Below are positions 50,210 to 63,095 of a stretch of DNA of 64,000 nucleotides, one piece after another; within the stretch, counting starts at the first letter, position 1; the number at the start of each line of letters is the position of its first letter. Under the pieces are notes generated by a model. It worked only from the letters and a program-made list of their open reading frames with translations, searched no databases and was not told the origin of the DNA. This DNA is from Octopus sinensis. Its lineage: Eukaryota. The translations under genes and the position numbers were made by a program. The DNA lies in assembly GCF_006345805.1 (NCBI RefSeq), contig NC_043018.1:18042001-18106000 (forward strand), given 5' to 3'.

Positions 50210-52615
50210 CTGTGAAGAGATTTTATTTCTTAGCTTTAACTAAAAAAAAAAAAGTTATCAACATTGTCCGAGGTGTGCTATTGGACACTGCTGGTTTGAT
50301 CCCGGTCCAGCTAAAATCACCAATATCAGAGCAAAGTACTGATTATGCAATAACGAACTTTAGATCTGTTAGAATATGTCTGTGACATATATCTTCTAAA
50401 GGCAAAACTATTGCGATCACCGTAGAGAAAAATAATTATGGCAAAATGTGTAAAAATGTATAAAAATGCCATAAGTGTTTAGTGCTGCCTTCTATAGGAT
50501 TCTCAGACGCCGCGTTTGATGCGTTTTTACACTCTTTTACCATAAAAGAGAATTTTTGTCTTTACGATGACTGCAGTGAATTTGCCTTTAGAAGTTACAA
50601 TATGTCACAAACGTATTTTATCTCAGCTAATCACTGCCTGGCACTGATTCTGCTGAATAATATATCCGTGTGTATGTATGAGAGAGATAGGGTGGAGAGA
50701 CAGACAGACAGAGAGGCAGGAATGGAGAGAAAAAGATAAGCAGAAATGCAGTAAAAGAGGCTTTTACATTTACGAAAGTATTGAAACTTATTTTGTTTCG
50801 AATAAACTGTTCTAACGACAAACAGCGACAATCTAATCTTTGTATTACATATTCTGAAATCTAATCATTAAACAGGAAATCAATACTTAAAACTCAAGAA
50901 ATTTCCATAATGGTAAAAGACTTTCGCTTTGTTTTTGGTTACCTTTGTTTCATGTTAATTTTTCTGGCACACAATAGAATAATTTCAGATTTTAAGGAAA
51001 CCTGATTAAAACAAAGGCCGAAATCTTATAGATAACGATGCAGTGTAAAAAAATGTATACGCTGGAGGATTTATCGAAACGGGGACACACAAAACAAGAA
51101 CTATTAAATATGATAAATATTTTTGACACGCGGTAACATCGTTGAATGGAATTCTTAATACCTGCAACAATCAATTTCCTGAGTGATGTCATATCACATG
51201 CTTGGAGTAGAAAAAAAGTGTGAATATCTGCATATTAATATTTAATAAATTAAGAGCATACGATGCGTAGAAGAATGGAAGGTAGTTAAGTGGTGGTTTT
51301 GTCTTTACGTTTTCAATCCAAATCACACCAGATTCGCCATTGCTAGTTATCTTTTTTACTGAATACACAATCAGTGAAGCGGTCTCTAGCTGGTTAATCC
51401 CTCAATCAGATATAGCAAACAAATATCTTCTAAACTGCCATCTACCGTTTTCTTTTAATGTTGTTCTTGGTTCCCTGTGATGGTCACGGCTTGATGGTGT
51501 CTGGTCATAGGTCTAACGTGTCAACACTAACATGGAATCAGCAATAAAAACAAATCATCCTGAGTTTGGAAAATAATGATTTAGGCAGACGGAGAAGAAA
51601 TTAGTCGAAACACTCGATCGGTGTATTTGATTGGTATTTTGTTTCATCGACTCCGAAAGGATGACACAAAATTGACGCTGGCAGGTTTTTGAGATCAGAA
51701 TGGCGAGCAGCTTGAGCAGATAATCCCTTCTACTCCTAGTAGAAGGATGAAAGGCAAAGTCGACACAGGCGGAATTTGAACTCAGAACTTAAAATCAGAA
51801 GAAATACAGTTAAGCATTTTCCCTGTGCAGTAACGACTCTGCCAGCTCTCCACCTTAGCTAGACCAAATAAGGCAAACCAATTATACCCCATGCTGAAAC
51901 CATTTTGTCGGCTTGCCGTCTTTGATTTCTGATTTAGGTACCAAGACACCCAATTTTGAGACCAGGGACTTCGTCAGAATCATTAACTCGAAGTACTTGA
52001 CTAGTACTTAGCTTTATCGATCTCGAAAACATGAAAGATAAAATTGACAACCATATGATATGAAGTTAGTATGTAAAGAGCCGGAGCAAGTGATGCGAAG
52101 TAATGTTTTCCGACACTCAAGCGACTTTGCCAGCTTGCTGTCTTAGTTTGATAAAATTATTCTTGTCCATTGATTTTCTTCCTCGTTATCATCGTACGAT
52201 CTTCTTTGATGTGAAAACAAATATCGCTAAATAACATAGAATGGTAATAAGGGACACTAACGACATAAGAAGTATTGGTTTGAATCGCATCCCAAATTTC
52301 CTTCCAGAAACGCTTCCCTCATGATATTCATATATTTAAGTACATAAGCAGCATTAAGTAAAATCTACTCCCTGGTTCCATTATTGTCTCTATATTTCCT
52401 GAAATGCTGCATGAGCTCGGAAATAAAACGCGAGTGTTATCTGCTAACTATATAGATTCAGAGTCGAGGGCATATGACATAGCGATTAGGATATTGCACC
52501 CACGACCTACAGATAGCGGCTTTAATTCCAGGACAGAGTGCTGGGCTGTGTTCTTGATCATTTCACGTTGCTCGGACATAACGTTGACCCCCCCCCCCCT
52601 GACGTCTGGTACACC

Positions 52616-52893
52616 TATTTCTTTACTACCCACAAGGGGCTAAACAAAGAGAGTTCAAACAAGGACAAACAAACGGATTAAGTCGATTATATCGACCCCA
52701 GTGCGTAACTGGTACTTAATTTATCGACCCCGAAAGGATGAAAGGCAAAGTCGACCTCGGCGGAATTTGAACTGAGAACGTAACGGCAGACGAAATACAG
52801 CAACGCATTTCGCCCGGCGTGCTCACGTTTCTGCCAGCTCGCCGATTCTGCCAGCTCGCCGATTCTGCCAGCTCGCCGATTCTGCCAGCTCGC
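52616..52893 (-). mobile_element. SINE-C with a fourfold 17-bp 5' repeat and 13-bp TSD
   Basis: TSD cgtctggtacacc at 52603-52615 and 52894-52906; ggcgagctggcagaa(tc) repeated four times at the 5' end. Confidence 0.92.
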
Positions 52894-53255
52894 CGTCTGG
52901 TACACCGTCCACCTCTTCAGACAACGTCGATTTGATGAAGAGAGAGTGAGCTAAAATACAGCACAAACCATTTGTGCAGCTTGTTGAGCAAATAATTGCA
53001 GAACTCTCTCTCTCTCTCTTGGACTACGAGAGGCTATCGTCGTACCACATCATGACGTATCTATTTAAAGTAAATATTCATTATATATACATACATACAT
53101 ACATGCATACACAGGCGTATGTACGTACATGCATACATACATACATACATACATACACACATACATGCATACATATGTGTATGCATACATACACACATAC
53201 ATACGTACATATATATGACGAACTAACCGTTACTTTCTCAGATGCAGCACGGATT

Positions 53256-53305
53256 TTTGTCAGTGAACAGGTCGCAGATTTTAGCGACGAAAATATTTTG
53301 ACAAA
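53256..53305 (+). ncRNA. Minimal type I hammerhead-like fold with G3/C8 swapped core
   Basis: tttgtca-GTGAACA-g-gtcgc(agatttta)gcgac-GAA-AATATT-T-tgacaaa: 7-bp helix I, 5-bp helix II, palindromic helix III. Confidence 0.45.
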
Positions 53306-56022
53306 TTAAACTTAAATGTTGGAGTGAATCGAACGGCTTTTGTGTGTTTCTTAAATGGCTTATAAACACCTTCCACGCTGCAATTGTCATTATAGATATA
53401 TATCAATAAAACCGAATACAAAGAGACAGGTGGCAGGCTGTATCGGAAAGATTTATATCGTTTGGGGAAAGCAGGAGAAAAAATATACCCTGTTCGGATT
53501 TAGTTTATCTGATGCCATGGAGATTTTAGCCGAGGTACACGAAGATAGTATTTTCCAAGGGGCCAAACCTTCCTAGAAGGGTTCTAAATATTGATAATGG
53601 GCAATCACATTGCCATATTTCATAAAATTAAGATGGTTTAGCTTCATAAACTTCTAAAACACTACGAAGAATTATACAAATGGAAATTCTGTTTTATCTT
53701 CCCAATAATAAACGGGATTTATTAATACGCCCAACCTCCTTATGGAATGTTGGTATTTTTGTTTTTTTAGTTTCGAAATCTCTGCCGTAGTGTAATTTGT
53801 AACTAGATTTTCCTAATAAGTTCCAACAATTGTCAAGTAAGCAAAAAGTAAAATTTTGGTTCGTGATGCCAATACAGCATCTTTTAGAAATTTCCATGAT
53901 TTGGAATCCACTACGGAGACAAATGAGGATAAAATTGAAATTAACTTTCCGTTGTTAGCTGTTCTGTCTTGGACGAAGCTCAATTGATCTTAGCTCTAGA
54001 AAATAACTCATCAATTATACAATACTGTTGTTATATTCTTTGGTAAACGATTCTATCCTGTTACCCCACGGGATTCATTTAAGACTAGATGAATTAGAAC
54101 TTTAAGAGTTAATAGTCATGTCCGCATATTTACTGAAAATACTTTGTCATCGGTCGAGCGATTAATAGTGTTTATCTACTCTCCGATAATCAATATATTT
54201 GTATCAATCTTGAACTGCGATCTAAATTAATTGATTATGGAATTTATAAATAGGAAACGCTGCCTCGAATATATTTAGAAGAAATGTGATTTGTAATGTA
54301 CATCGTGTACATCAATGACATAGCAAGCATTATATCCCCAAAAGTGTCTATGTGTATAATAAATTACTAATCAAACGATTAAGGTTGATATATAGTCACG
54401 TGTATCGACATGTATTTATTGTTCAAATTCCCATTAGTTGAATCCATGAAGCTCGAAGATGGTGGCGCACAGCTGTGGCATTGTCCACTGCAAGGGTCTA
54501 CATTATAGCATTGAAAAATGATTTACTGTCTTGTAGTTTTGAGTTCAATACCGCCCGAGGAATAAAGGCAAGGATATTCAGTAATAATTCTTTTTTCTGT
54601 TGATAAAAGGCCTGAGGTTTTAGTGGAGTTTTATTTGGGTGGGAGAGGCTAGTCGATTACATCACCCTCATATCAAAATTGGTACTTATTTTATCGGCCC
54701 CGAAAGAATGAAAGGCAAAGTTCATGCCGGTGGAATTTGATCTGAGAGCGTAAAGCCGGAAGAAATGCCCCTAAGCTGCTTGTCCGGCGTGCTAACGATT
54801 TTGACGGCTCGACACCTTCAGTTATTCACTAAGAATATTTGCAAAAAATACTCAGGTTATGTTTTAAACGTATAAGTAGGAATCGTAATCTCTCGTGGTT
54901 CGAGAAATACGGTCCAGCAATTCCTTGCTGAACAATTCGCATAAACGATTTGTTTATAGTGATCAAACTTTGTACCTTCGTTCGCTCCCTCCATAAAGAT
55001 CGACATGAGAGGAAGTGTTTTGCTCAAGAACATAACGCACTACCCGGTCCAGGAACTGAAACCACAATCTCGCAATTGTGAATGCAACACCGTAACTATT
55101 AAGCCACGCACTTTCAAATAGATATGCCGCACCAAAAGAAATCGCTATTAAAAATCAACATGCTGATATTCGTTAATATATCACAGTGTTTTGTGAGCAA
55201 CTTAACCCTCAGCTATTTAAACAACAGACGCTGCATTTTAGTATCAATCAAATCAAAACTTCGTTTTTGAAGAACCAGAACAGGTCGAGATTTTGGCTCA
55301 CAAGGAATTCTCTACTTCTTTGCTTCTTTAGGGCTAAATTTTCTTGAAACTGGTATTATGACGGTGGAAAGTCGCAGAGTGGATAGGTTAGCTAAAACTG
55401 GTCACAGAGTTTACGTTAATGTACTTCACAATATAACAGTTAATTCAAGTGAAATTGCTCAATTAATAATGGCCATCTGTTACCCTGATGTCACTAAAAA
55501 TATATAATACTATAAATAGTATCAAACTTATATAGTATCTATTAAACTAATATTTTCTAATATATAAGCTCGTTGAGTCACTTTCACTTGCATTACATTA
55601 ACAAATCTAGACAAAGAATCATTCTTCTAAATTCAGCTTAGATACTGCGTCCCGAATCCATTATGTTTTAATAAGAAAATAATGAAATGAATTTTAGTCC
55701 GTCACATGTTCAAATTCCTTTTCAAGAACTCTAAGGAATTTAAAACCTGTAAAAACACGAGGGGTCTTTTGTTATTTTATCTGTCTAAGTAGGTTTATCA
55801 CCAAAAACGTTCCTTTTGAGGTCATCTCCAATTCTTCTCATATTTATCAAATTACATTGAAATGTGGCTCCCCTTTTTCAAGTTGATCAGACGTTATTTG
55901 AAAGTGAGTTCGTAGGTATTTCCATTCGAATGAATGTTTTTCTTTCAACTTCTTGGCACGAGAAAGACAACAGTAAGCTACAATTTTAGGCCAACAAAAA
56001 ATTTGGATCTTCCTTTTCCTAT

Positions 56023-56057
56023 GTTTCTGACGAAGAGCCCCGCTCGAAACGTTAAAT
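56023..56057 (+). ncRNA. Minimal type I hammerhead motif in a Penelope-like terminal fragment (~56000-56150)
   Basis: gttt-CTGACGA-a-gagc(ccc)gctc-GAAAC-GT-T-aaat: canonical core with an extra A after A9 and ACGT palindromic helix III. Confidence 0.6.
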
Positions 56058-56278
56058 CCTCCTTCTTTATTTTCTTTCCTGAGCGTCCAATAACACTATA
56101 CTTGTTCCACGTCCTCGCGTTGTTGTGTTTTCATGTTTGGATTAACTATATATTTATTTATTTATAATACTTGAGATATATATATTTATGTTTTATATAT
56201 CTTTTTATGTAGAAATTTATATAATAATTTTATATATCTTATTTAGAGTCTGATACATACATACATATATATATATAT

Positions 56279-56343
<65 letters not shown>

Positions 56344-56347
56344 CTAG

Positions 56348-56401
<54 letters not shown>

Positions 56402-57060
56402 ATATATATATATCTAGTATTACGTAAGATGATATAAAAAGCAATTATACCAGGTTCTTAATAAGAGGATATTTAAAACAAATGTCCACAAAGTCTTTCT
56501 CTTTCACTGTCGACGAACAGGATTTCTGTTCTTTAGAGAATCTTTGATATTGAAGAAGCACAATCTGGTGTGTAGCTATTTATTCGTAATAATAGGAAGT
56601 CGACTTCCGATTTAGGAAATGAAAATTGTGTGCGAACAGCATCAGATGGTGGTAAGCTCCAATTAAGCCAACTCTACGATACATTACGCTGCGTACCTAC
56701 GATTTTCGACCATAATCAATTGTGTAGGGATGAATGGATTCCTACGAAGCTAATTGCCCATGACTTTACTTGAAGCTGAAGCCATCAATGACACCTTATT
56801 GAGTCATTAAAATCTGATTCATTTTTTATGTAACAATTGAAGTGAAATGTGTGTATTATGCCGCTGCTGCATTATGAATAAAGATTTTGCTTTTGACAGT
56901 CGTCGCCATGGAACAATCGTTTAAAGCTTGCATCGGTTAATAGAAAAGTCGTGTGAATTAATTTTTCTGAAATGTTAGAAATCACAAAGGAATGTATTTT
57001 GAGAATGTTTTAACTTATAACTTTTGTAGCTTGGTGTGTGTGTGTGTGTGTGTATTTTAC

Positions 57061-57177
57061 TGAATAGATTCGTAATTAGATGCGTGATGGTGTATAATGT
57101 TTTCATGATGACGGCAGTGGCCTTTTCAGTGAAGAGCGTAAACGTAGGCATTTTACGATATAAAAGTTTCACGTTTT
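57061..57177 (-). CDS. Weak candidate exon (117 nt, phase 1-1): NVKLLYRKMPTFTLFTEKATAVIMKTLYTITHLITNLF
   Basis: cacttttaaag|...|gtaaaa; open frame, phase-compatible with 50209, but modest splice sites. Confidence 0.18.
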
Positions 57178-58278
57178 CTTTAAAAGTGACCACGTAGTGT
57201 AACATTATAACATTTATAAACATCAAGAAAAATTTAGAACAATTTAATAAGTTACTAGATTTGCTTAGTCAGGTGAAATTATGCATCGTATTTACTAATT
57301 ACTCTCGTTTGATTAGTAGTTTCAAAATGTAAACAACATTTCATATACACATTTTAGAGAAAATAGAAGACAGCTAACGACACCATTTCTCCGAAGATTT
57401 CCTGAAGAAAGGGTTTTTATATAGAAATATTGAAATGCAAGTTAAAAGTACAAACATACGAATTGTATTATTTCTTATAAATTGCATTGTTTTGGCTTTA
57501 AAAAATATTAAAAACATTTGTGTTTGTCATCATTTTACTGAACATTGTGAATGTAATTAGACTTAAATGGTTGGCATGAGACTAAAATAGCAGATCAAGA
57601 GATTTGGGAATGTCCAGAAGTGAAATTTAGCCTTTGTTCCTCAAGGGTGACTAAAATGTCTATCGATCAATTAGCTGACTACCAGTTAATTAACTTTATG
57701 CAAAATCTGAAATGTTTAGCGTTGTACTTTTATTTATGTCAGATATCCCTTTTATCAGCATCAGTAATTTTATTTTGTCACATGTAAATATCTACGAGTG
57801 TGACAATGCGATATATTCAATATATTGTTGGATATGAAGGAGGATCAATATTATTCATGCTGTGTCGACGCCCCCAGACGATGAAGTAGGCTAGCCCAAT
57901 ACGTAGATACAGAGGGAGAAGTCTAGACGTCGAGAAGTTGAGTAGAGGTCATCCGAACGTGCGATATAACAATTTATTAGGAGATAGATATGAAAGATAC
58001 TGCAAAACTCCGGCCTAAATTTCTAAAAATATTTGAGAGAAAAAATCTGATTCTTGTATATGAAGATAATCCCTACATAAAACGTTCCTAAAATGCGTAC
58101 GTGAACTTTGAAGAAAGGTGGGTTCTAACTTTTTCCAACAAGGTATTTCTTCGGGAAAGATCTCGAGAAAGAATATTTAATTGGCTAAATATAGTTTTGG
58201 TTGATTATATCTAGATCTGACTGGTTGTTCATAATTCCGAATGTTCGAAAATATTTTTACAGAGGTGTTGAGTTATAT

Positions 58279-58663
58279 GAAGCACTCGTCGGTTACGACG
58301 ACGAGGGTTCCGGTTGATCCGAATCAACGGAACAGCCTGCTCGTGAAATTAACGTGTAGTGGCTGAGCACTCCACAGACACGTGTACCCTTAACGTAGTT
58401 TCTCGGGAGCTATCAGCGTGACACAGAGAGTGACAAGGCCGACCCTTTGAAATACAGGTACAACAGAAACAGGAAGTAAGAGTGAGAGAATTGTTGGTGA
58501 AAAGTACAGCAGGGATCACCACCACCATTTCCTGCCGGAGCCTCGTGAAGCTTTTTTAGGTGTTTTCGCTCAATAAACCCACATACGCCCGGTCTGGGAA
58601 TCGAAGCCGCGATCCTATGACCGCGAGTCCGCTGCCCTAACCACTGGGCCATTGCGCCTCCAC
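58279..58663 (-). mobile_element. SINE-A, full length, 10-bp TSD
   Basis: TSD tgagttatat at 58269-58278 and 58664-58673. Confidence 0.92.
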
Positions 58664-58892
58664 TGAGTTATATAGCGTTAAAAGAAACAAGATTTCAACG
58701 CTGTTTAGCAGCTTAGCAGAGCCAAAAATACTAATATTATCACATAAAGCCTAACAGTGTCAGCTAATCAAAGCGTTCAGTTAATTCTGTAGCCCTTCAG
58801 AATATAATTCCTGTGTAGCGCGAATAACGTGATACAAATACCTAATCCAATCCCCCAGCTGTCAATAAAATACCTTACATACATACATAAAT

Positions 58893-58963
<71 letters not shown>

Positions 58964-59010
58964 TATGTATATTCTATATCTATATCTATATCTATATATA
59001 TAATATATAA

Positions 59011-59062
<52 letters not shown>

Positions 59063-59749
59063 CATATATATATTAATATATATTATATTATATATATATA
59101 TATATATTGCGAGGCTCTCATACTGAACACACTTGTTAATGATCAACTAGATTTAATAAAACACTCTACACATACCGAAATTCGAAGCATACTTGCTTGT
59201 TCATAATGTCCATACTTCCTTGTAAATCATTAACCCGATCTGACACTAGATATAATACCTCGCGTATTAAAACAGGATTGGGGAATATTTCCTTCCTCAA
59301 CATCAAGGGGCCACGATTTGTAGAGCGAAAGGGAAGGGAATTCTATCGAAAGTAATATTGAATATAACAAATGAGAATAATTTACTAATATTTCGGTTGA
59401 ACACCCTTAACTCTATCGTAATGCTTTTCAATTTCTAGGAATCTTGTACATCTATTAGGATCGTTAGCGGTATTTGATGAACATCGCTATATATGAAGCT
59501 AATTTCCATGTTGCCGAATAAACCGTACTATGAGGAAATAAAAATTGTGTCCGGAAATTAAAATCAATCGGTTATTTGTGGATACAAGTGGATACAAAAT
59601 TATACTTATATATATATATATCTATATAATATATATATATACATTCAACCATCTATCCATATATATACATAATATATATATACGCGTACAGACATACTAT
59701 ATTAACACAGACTCATCTATATATATATATTATATATATATATATATAC

Positions 59750-59786
<37 letters not shown>

Positions 59787-59814
59787 CACATACGCATACA
59801 CAAACAAATACACA

Positions 59815-59817
59815 TAT

Positions 59818-59854
<37 letters not shown>

Positions 59855-59980
59855 CAGACAGACGGACAGACAGACAGACAGATAGACAGACAGACAGACA
59901 GACACATAGACAGACAGACAGATAGATAGATTGATAGATAGATAAATAGATAGATAGATACATAGATACATAGATAGATG

Positions 59981-60032
<52 letters not shown>

Positions 60033-60191
60033 CATAGATAGATGATAGATAAGATAATAGATAGATAGTAGATAGATAGATAGATAGATACATAGATACA
60101 TAGATAGATAGATACATAGATAGATAGATATATAGATAGATAGATAGATAGTTAGATATATATATATATATATATATAGATAGATAGATAC

Positions 60192-60252
<61 letters not shown>

Positions 60253-60260
60253 CAGACTGA
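59815..60260. repeat. (GATA)n/(GACA)n tetranucleotide array
   Basis: Directly visible; further GATA arrays at about 36320-36420 and 61390-61600. Confidence 0.95.
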
Positions 60261-60349
60261 TAGATATTTGTGCATGTATGCATGTATGAACATAGGCACA
60301 TGCATATGTATAAAAGCAAATACATACGAATAAATGGTTAGCTGCGCGC

Positions 60350-60380
<31 letters not shown>

Positions 60381-60790
60381 TAATAATGAATAAGTTGGCA
60401 TAGGTTATTTGCAGATAACTCCAATAATACAATAATGTGTTTCAAGTGTAATCTTTATTTACTTAGAAATTTAGAGACACAACTTGGAATTCATCAAACG
60501 CAGAATTAATTCCAGAAATACTGACATTATTTACGAGAAATAGGGCTTCCTCTCCAAGTAGATACAACTGCGAAGGAAGTAGATAGTAATTACCACTTAG
60601 TATTGAGAGTTTCTTAGTACAGTATTTATATATATACATATATATATGTACTTGTGTGTGTGTGTGTCTGAACTTATGCAAGTATAAATCCCTAAAGTCC
60701 TTTAAAATGTTCCAGCCCGAAGGCTGCAGGCATACTGGGGCACCACCGCTGGTGTATATATATATATATGTATATATATATAGATAGATA

Positions 60791-61392
60791 TGTTTCTTTA
60801 TTAGCCACACAGGGCTGCACACAGATAGAACAAATTACAAGGTAGAGCTTTTCTTTTGAAGGTTTAAAAAAAAAAAAAAAAAAAAAAGGAAGGGGGAGTT
60901 TCGATCAAAAGGGATCGTAAAAGGAGAGAAAGAGGACAAAAAAAAGGGGGGTTAAAAAAAAAAAAAAAGGGGGAGAGGAAAAAAAATTGATCAATAGGGA
61001 TCGTTATCACAGAAATGTCAATATGAAGTGTAAAGGGGAGGACAGGTGAGGTTTACCCGTGGAAAGAGAAGCCTACGGAAAAGACCACGGTAACCTCGGT
61101 CAATGAAGTCACATTTTATATTTCTTTTTTTTTTTTTTTTTTTTTTTTTGCAAATAAGCAACTCTCTGTTTTCGATTTCTGGGTTCATAGGACTATGCTC
61201 AAGGTGGCTTCGTCATTCATACGTGCCATTCTTGCTACATTCACCCATCTTTTTTTAAAACATTCGCTAGACAAAACTTGCCTCTCTACTCTCACTTTCC
61301 TTTTCAAGTGGTACTTGAAGAAGTTGATGAGAGATTGACCAGAGAGGAAAGTGTTTGTCTCCAATCCTTTCAGACGCGTCCACCAGAAAGAA
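60791..61392 (-). mobile_element. 5'-truncated Tx1/L1-like LINE (ORF2 C-terminus plus ~390-bp 3' UTR)
   Basis: FWWTRLKGLETNTFLSGQSLINFFKYHLKRKVRVERQVLSSECFKKRWVNVARMARMNDEATLSIVL* (stop at 61185) fits the W..R...F...ER....F...W pattern after the L1/Tx1 zinc knuckle. Ends aataaagaaaca and is flanked by TAGA/TA repeats. Confidence 0.65.
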
Positions 61393-61531
61393 TGATAGAT
61401 AGATACATACATACATACATAGATACATAGATAGATAGAATGATAGATACATACATACATACATACATACATACATAGAATTATAGATACATAGATAGGT
61501 AGAATGACAGACAGATAGATCGATAGATAGG

Positions 61532-61592
<61 letters not shown>

Positions 61593-62819
61593 TGATAGAT
61601 ATGTGTCTATGTATTCAATTGTGTCACGTGTACACAATGAGTTTAATGAGAAAATGAAGAAGTTTTAATTGTCAATTTATGACAACGTTTTAATTTGCTA
61701 AATTCCACTTGCGTTTAATTAAAATATTTGCTGAAAGTTTCCTCTACGATTGATGTATGTAACCAGGGTTTGATACAGGTATCGCCATTGTTTGTTTCAT
61801 CATCTGCTTCATTTGCTTAAACGTGATACCGACGTACACGGATTGGTTCTGTGACTGACATTACCATCAATGAAACTCGGCGCATGACAGATCCAACAAC
61901 ACATTTAAAACATCGTTGGCATTGGAATTTAACAATCAATTTGTAGAGGGTGGCATCTGGTAATTGCCAACGACTCAGTGCAAATATACGTCAATATAAA
62001 TTTGATTCGTACACGGGATGTCAACATTTCGAGCGAGCAGGGAACTATAAATTAGCGTTATCAAAATCATCATATATTCCTAATACCTTATCAATATGTT
62101 ATACGTTCGTGTGCATGAAGACAGTGTCAAGCCACTGGAGATTTGAGCGCGGACAAAAATTTAATAAACTAATAACACATTTAAGAATTTCCAAATCGTT
62201 CTCAAATGACCGTGTGTGTGTACACGCCAATAATACCAAAGCATACCCAGTGTTCTCCCTTTGTCCTCAAGCATAGGCAACTATTCTCTAAGCATTTAGA
62301 GAAATAAAGTTTAGACTTATGACAGTTACCTACCTTTTCTTTTCCTAGTTACCGGCAATTCCCACCAGGTTTAAGTTTCCTTTATCTTAGGGAGAATATT
62401 CAATCAATTGAGAATATTTTGCTTACGTCATTCAGTCTCATTTGCATTTTCTTAATTGCCACCGTTAGCAAACTTCAATTATTCAGTTGGCACATTTTCA
62501 TGCAAATTTCGCTACTGTCCAAATGTCATCAAATCTACTTTCTATACATCAAAATCTTTTGTCAACTGACCAAAGTAGATTTTAAGTGCGACCCTATGCT
62601 GATAAGGTCAAAACGGTCTGAAACACGTGTGTAATTGTCTCCTTTATGCTAAGCATGCAATTGATTTAATGAAATTATATCTTAACTTTTTGAAAACATC
62701 TCATTTCTCAGAGTCGCAAACAATTACCTCTCAGGTTTTGTTTCCTTTGTCCAACGAAGCGGAAAATGTCAGCTAAATGTAAATTATTCGCATGCTTAGC
62801 CATTAGCATCCCTGTCGAT

Positions 62820-63095
62820 GGTTACGACAAAAAGGGTCATGGAATTATCCATGGTAGGAATATCCTTAAAAGAGGACATTCGAAACGAGATAATTCGAGA
62901 AGGGAACGAGTGGATCCGTGCAGTTTCCGAGTAGTATCCAAAAGATCAGAAAAGGCCACTCGGATGGGGAGACGATCTGGTCAAGCAATTTGTCTCAAGA
63001 TGGAAAAAGATGATGCAGTTTATATAGAGTTGGAAGCGCATTGTAACCAACGGTGTATAACAACATCTGATGGTCTGGTCCAGCGCTGGATTAAG
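62820..63095 (+). mobile_element. RTE-clade LINE 3' end remnant
   Basis: VMELSMVGISLKEDIRNEIIRE...EWIRAVSE*YPKDQKRPLG.WGDDLVKQF..RWKKM...WKRIVT matches the RTE C-terminal pattern. Confidence 0.8.

Noticed and set aside
53350-53950. Possible pogo/Tigger transposase remnant
   Set aside because: Motif-like words (LLDNC, LSPN) are not at the expected spacing.
61640-62280. Several short protein-like readings on both strands
   Set aside because: Splice sites are inconsistent (would need a 16-nt intron) and no family was recognised.
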